Shown: positions 62,690 to 64,000 of the stretch, one piece after another
Position numbering within the stretch: the stretch's first letter is position 1
Layout of the letters: each line of letters opens with the position of its first letter
Program-made: the position numbers and the translations under genes
Assembly (NCBI RefSeq): GCF_030028105.1
Contig: NC_092396.1
Span: 21,597,820 to 21,661,819 of the forward strand
Source: Mobula birostris
Taxonomy: Eukaryota
Direction: 5' to 3'
DNA: 64,000 nucleotides
The notes under the pieces: generated by a model
Databases searched by the model: none
Seen by the model: the letters and a program-made list of their open reading frames with translations, nothing else
What the model was told of the DNA's origin: nothing

Positions 62690-63530
62690 TTTGTTACATG
62701 TGATCCAATCTCTAATTCCTGCCTGCTCATGCATCTAATTAAATGCCTCTTAAATGTTGCTATCGTATCTCCTCCTACCATCTCCCCGGCAGTGCATTTC
62801 AGCCACCGACTGCTCTGTGTAAAAGAAAAACTCACTACCTTTAAACTTTTCCCCCTCTCATTTTAAAACCATGGCCTGTAGTATTTGCTCTTTAATATTT
62901 CCACTCTTGGAAGAAAAAGGCTCTCACTATCCACCTTGTCTGTCTTCTTCCCAGGCCCTTGGCTCCCAGTGGAGCACAGGCCGTCGATGGGCTGGTTGGA
63001 GTTCATCAATGTTTCTGTAATCCATTACCTTATATCCACTGCACAGGGAATTGGCCTATACAGCTTCACCAGAGCCCTGTTAGCCGGCCTTTGGGAGGCA
63101 TCTACCTTGTCTATGCGGCTCAAAATTTTATATGCTTCTATCATGTCATTCCTCAGCTTCCCGACACTCCAGTGAAAACAACCTAAGTTAGTATAAACTC
63201 TTGCTTATAGCTGATACACTCCAATCCTGGCAATGTTGATTAACCTCCTTTGTGCCGCCTTTAAAGCCTCCACTTCCTTTCCATGGCATGGTGACCAGAA
63301 ATACACATAATTTTCCAAATGTGGCATAAACTTATACAGCTGTAATACTTTTATACCCCTTGCCCACACCAATGGAAGCAAGTAATCCATATGCTTCTTT
63401 ACTACCTTTTCCACTACTGCTGCCACTTTCAGGGAGTTATGGACGTGCATAGCTCCTTGAAAGATCCCTCTGTGCATCTAACCAAAGGGTCCTGCCATTC
63501 ACTGTATATTTTACTCTTGCATTTTACATC
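62690..63530 (-). mobile_element. CR1 LINE 3' fragment
   Basis: LQLYKFMPHLENYVYFWSP..KEVEAL..AQRR. Confidence 0.8.
62942..63099 (-). mobile_element. 158-bp RTE-tailed short element nested in CR1
   Basis: TSD ATC(C/T)ACCTTGTCT at 62929-62941 and 63100-63112; (GAA)n tail. Confidence 0.65.
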
Positions 63531-63534
63531 CCAA

Positions 63535-64000
63535 CTGAGGTTCCAGAGGACTGGAGGGTTGCAGATGTTGTTCCCTTATTGAAGAAAGGGAGTAGAGATA
63601 GCCCAGGAAATTATAGACCGGTGAGTCTTACTTCAGTTGTTGGTAAGTTGATGGAGAAGATCCTGACAGGCAGGATTTATGAACATTTGGAGAGGTATAA
63701 ATATGATTAAGAATAGTCAGCATGGCTTTGTCAAAGGCAAGTTATGCTTTACGAGCCTGATTGGATTTTTTGAGGATATGACTAAACACATTGAAGGTAG
63801 AGCAGTAGATGTAGTGTATATGGATTTCAGGAAGGCATTTGATAATATACCACCTACAAGGCTTATTGAGAAAGTAAGGAGGCATGGGATCCAAGGGGAC
63901 ATTGCTTTGTGGATCCAGAACTGACTTGCCCACAGAAGGCAAAGAGTGGTTGTAGATGGGTCATATTCTGCATGGAGGCCGGCGACCAGTGGTGTGCCTC
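63535..64000 (+). mobile_element. CR1 LINE RT fragment (runs off window)
   Basis: PGNYRPVSLTSVVGK, SQHGFVKGK.C, VDVVYMDFRKAFD. Confidence 0.92.

Noticed and set aside
1-64000. CRISPR arrays, operons, rRNA, snoRNA or other prokaryote-type systems; remaining short ORFs in the track
   Set aside because: Spliced eukaryotic locus; no regularly spaced repeat-spacer array or convincing box C/D or H/ACA RNA seen; other ORFs are TE fragments, exon read-throughs or chance.

Overview
Vertebrate nuclear DNA, most likely a cartilaginous fish (shark/ray-type repeat landscape; inferred). Three protein-coding genes: (1) INTS11/CPSF3L on the minus strand, 15 coding exons with canonical GT-AG junctions from ATG 24509 down to 440 (last exons lie left of the window); (2) CPTP/GLTPD1 on the plus strand, two coding exons (28474-28592, 34356-34878, 213 aa), head-to-head with INTS11 across a CpG-rich promoter; (3) a 10-finger C2H2 zinc-finger gene with no effector domain (main exon 52812-53728, probable first exon in a CpG-rich promoter near 48.2-48.56 kb). 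The rest is mostly transposon-derived: Neptune-type Penelope-like elements (PLEs), CR1 and Rex1/Babar LINEs, Tx1/L1 and Hero fragments, a decayed Gypsy LTR element, two Tc1 elements, a Chapaev3-like DNA transposon and several SINEs. The most interesting signals come from the PLE family: a minimal type I hammerhead ribozyme in its 3' terminus (intact at 55653-55690, about ten decayed copies), recurrent 11-15 bp target-site duplications, and single insertions made of two inverted 3' ends pointing outward (42 bp to 1.9 kb). Hammerheads and inverted termini are known PLE features in general; I found no convincing wholly novel protein system. Repeat boundaries without stated TSDs are approximate, and family calls are by motif recognition, not database search.
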